Shown piece after piece: positions 27,091 to 28,363 of a stretch of 28,363 nt of DNA. Numbering within the stretch: the first letter of the stretch is position 1; every line of letters begins with the position of its first letter. A model generated the notes under the pieces. That model was given only the letters and a program-made list of their open reading frames with translations, had not been told where the DNA came from and did not search any database. Source of the DNA: a virus (Duplodnaviria > Caudoviricetes); IMG/VR virus record IMGVR_UViG_3300025168_000478, positions 1 through 28,363 of that record; one strand, given 5' to 3'. A program made the position numbers and the translations under genes.

Positions 27091-27661
27091 ATCTATCTTT
27101 ATCTATATTTAAAAAGGGTTGATATTTCTTAATAATTCTCGAAACATCAGGCCATATTATATCATTGCATAACGCTTTATCTAATCTATTAGTGTAGTTA
27201 TTTATCTGATTTAAAATCACTAGCGTTTCAATTGATATATGTTTACCCAAGTACCTTTTTAATATTATAGGCTGTTTTGAATCAGAATAAAACAAGTTAT
27301 CAAAATTAATATTATTTTTTTCACAATAGAACAAAAGGTTGTCTATATCATTTTTAAATGTATATGACATAGCTTCCATTCTTTTTTTCCAATCGAGATA
27401 ATTGTGTTTTGCTTCTGAATCAAACACACCACCCCATCTATCACCAGAAACAAAATTAGCAACTAAGAAATCAACAATTTCTTTTTCACTATAGCTCTCT
27501 GCTATTTTTCTAATGTTAATTAAATCATTTCTTTTGAAAAAAGATTGTTTTGTTGCTCGCACTCTGCCTCTTTGTTTAATGGCATCATACTTATCAGTAG
27601 TAAAATGCAATTTAAGAGCTAAGTAGGATTTATAAACGTCAAATGCTTCCATACATATCAT
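27056..27661 (-). CDS. gp59: Helicase loader gp59
   Basis: FDVYKSYLALKLHFT..YD, F.KRND, FLVANF, YLDWKKR, YLGKHISIETLVIL, IWP...IKKYQPFL; lies between gp33 and gp32. Confidence 0.92.
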   Translation of the reverse strand: MICMEAFDVYKSYLALKLHFTTDKYDAIKQRGRVRATKQSFFKRNDLINIRKIAESYSEKEIVDFLVANFVSGDRWGGVFDSEAKHNYLDWKKRMEAMSYTFKNDIDNLLFYCEKNNINFDNLFYSDSKQPIILKRYLGKHISIETLVILNQINNYTNRLDKALCNDIIWPDVSRIIKKYQPFLNIDKDRYVRTLKERLRT

Positions 27662-27909
27662 ACCGGTAATTTTCCTTTTGGTCTCATCATATTTGCATCT
27701 TCAGCCTCTAGTTGTATCTTTTCTTTAAGTGAAGGTGTAACTAAATTCCCTATATTTTCAATATCGACACTATTATGATAACAATAATCTATAATAGCAT
27801 CCATGTAACCAATTCTTTCCTTCGAAACTCTTTCCTCAATGTGGAGAGAGAATTCTGTTGGTGATCTAAACCTTTTTGTAATTAAAATAGTATCATTTAA
27901 ATTGGTCAT
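27658..27909 (-). CDS. gp33: Late-promoter transcription coactivator gp33
   Basis: EFSLHIE..V....YMDAIIDYC....DIE...LV..SLKEKIQLEA..N.....KLPV. Confidence 0.92.
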   Translation of the reverse strand: MTNLNDTILITKRFRSPTEFSLHIEERVSKERIGYMDAIIDYCYHNSVDIENIGNLVTPSLKEKIQLEAEDANMMRPKGKLPV

Positions 27910-28004
27910 AGAATACCAGTAGTTTTCAACATAATGATACTTGTATTAATAGCTACACAAGAAACTGAAAATGCACTAATAGTCAAACAAACTTTCTGAT
28001 ACAT
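27906..28004 (-). CDS. 32-aa hydrophobic microprotein B
   Basis: Not in the ORF track. AGGAGAGAAT-ATG; MYQKVCLTISAFSVSCVAINTSIIMLKTTGIL*; ATGA overlap with gp33; paralogue of the adjacent ORF. Confidence 0.8.
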   Translation of the reverse strand: MYQKVCLTISAFSVSCVAINTSIIMLKTTGIL

Positions 28005-28018
28005 ATTCTCTCCTAATA

Positions 28019-28117
28019 TTAAAGTATTCCATACGTGCGCAACATAATTAAGGTAGTACTAGTTGCTATTGTACTTATTGCCATTGTATGAATAATCTGA
28101 CAAATTTTATCTCGCAT
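28019..28117 (-). CDS. 32-aa hydrophobic microprotein A
   Basis: Not in the ORF track. AGGAGAGAT-ATG; MRDKICQIIHTMAISTIATSTTLIMLRTYGIL*; 14/32 ungapped identity to microprotein B. Confidence 0.8.
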   Translation of the reverse strand: MRDKICQIIHTMAISTIATSTTLIMLRTYGIL

Positions 28118-28134
28118 ATCTCTCCTAAGTTGGC

Positions 28135-28301
28135 CCAGGTCTTTGGGTAATAAGGAAGACCTGGAAAACCCCACTTAGCTATTAAGCCGCTAAGGCAAAG
28201 ACTTCGTCGTTTGCATTTACTTCGGTTGCTCGATTAACGGTCGTCGCCTACCGGATCGTCCATCTTTCTATTCATTGCCCCGTCGAAACCAGGACACCCC
28301 C
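28135..28301 (-). ncRNA. ssrA: tmRNA (ssrA) 5'/coding piece, probably of a permuted two-piece tmRNA; tag ANDEVFALAA
   Basis: The minus strand begins GGGGGTGTCCTGGTTTCGACGGGG (acceptor 5' strand plus D-loop-like motif). It has a pk1-like CGGT..ACCG stem, the resume context GTAAAT-GCA, and a tag ORF at 28214-28182 ending TAA TAG inside a CTTAGC/GCTAAG helix. A 9-bp CCAGGTCTT/AAGACCTGG stem follows. The 3' end is approximate. Confidence 0.9.
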
Positions 28302-28303
28302 AT

Positions 28304-28363
28304 TTATCTTATATAATTAGGATTTAATACATCTTCGAGTATAACTACATGTTCTCTATTCTT
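28304..28363 (-). CDS. Probable 3' end of an upstream gene (..KNREHVVILEDVLNPNYIR*)
   Basis: 19 open codons from the window edge to TAA at 28306-28304, 2 nt before the tmRNA 5' G; too short to be sure. Confidence 0.4.
   Translation of the reverse strand, partial: KNREHVVILEDVLNPNYIR

Noticed and set aside
28135-28164. 9-bp hairpin as an intrinsic terminator
   Set aside because: It has a 12-nt loop and no U-tract in the direction of transcription; it is better explained as tmRNA structure.
1-28363. CRISPR arrays, tRNAs, introns, inteins or DGR repeats
   Set aside because: None recognised by eye; short or degenerate instances cannot be excluded without computation.

Overview
A roughly 28-kb, AT-rich segment of a T4-like (Tevenvirinae/Kyanoviridae-type, probably aquatic and uncultured) myophage genome; TAA, TAG and TGA all act as stops, so the code is standard. 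Positions 1-21.9 kb form a minus-strand baseplate/tail operon: gp48, gp53, gp27-like hub, a gp5 spike split into two genes, PAAR, gp25, gp6, gp7, a small baseplate protein, gp8, a VrlC-like protein split into two genes, small fibre/adaptor genes and a Gly-rich fibre. Positions 21.9-25.9 kb form a divergent plus-strand late operon: gp4, gp2, gp54/19-like, gp26, gp51-like and a short tape-measure-like gene. It converges on a bidirectional terminator with a minus-strand gp33-gp59-hyp-gp32 cluster. The best signals are missing from the ORF track. (1) A candidate programmed -1 frameshift (GGAGG, 10 nt, then T TTT TTT) would fuse gp26 to a start-less gp51-like frame directly ahead of the tape-measure gene, as in lambda G/GT. 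(2) A phage tmRNA 'coding piece' (tag ANDEVFALAA) has no acceptor half in the window. (3) Two paralogous 32-aa microproteins lie between the tmRNA and gp33. (4) The split spike carries two different peptidoglycan-hydrolase-like domains. (5) A repeated 'short anchor + ~120-aa adaptor' fibre module is present. All gene names come from motif recognition and synteny, not database searches.
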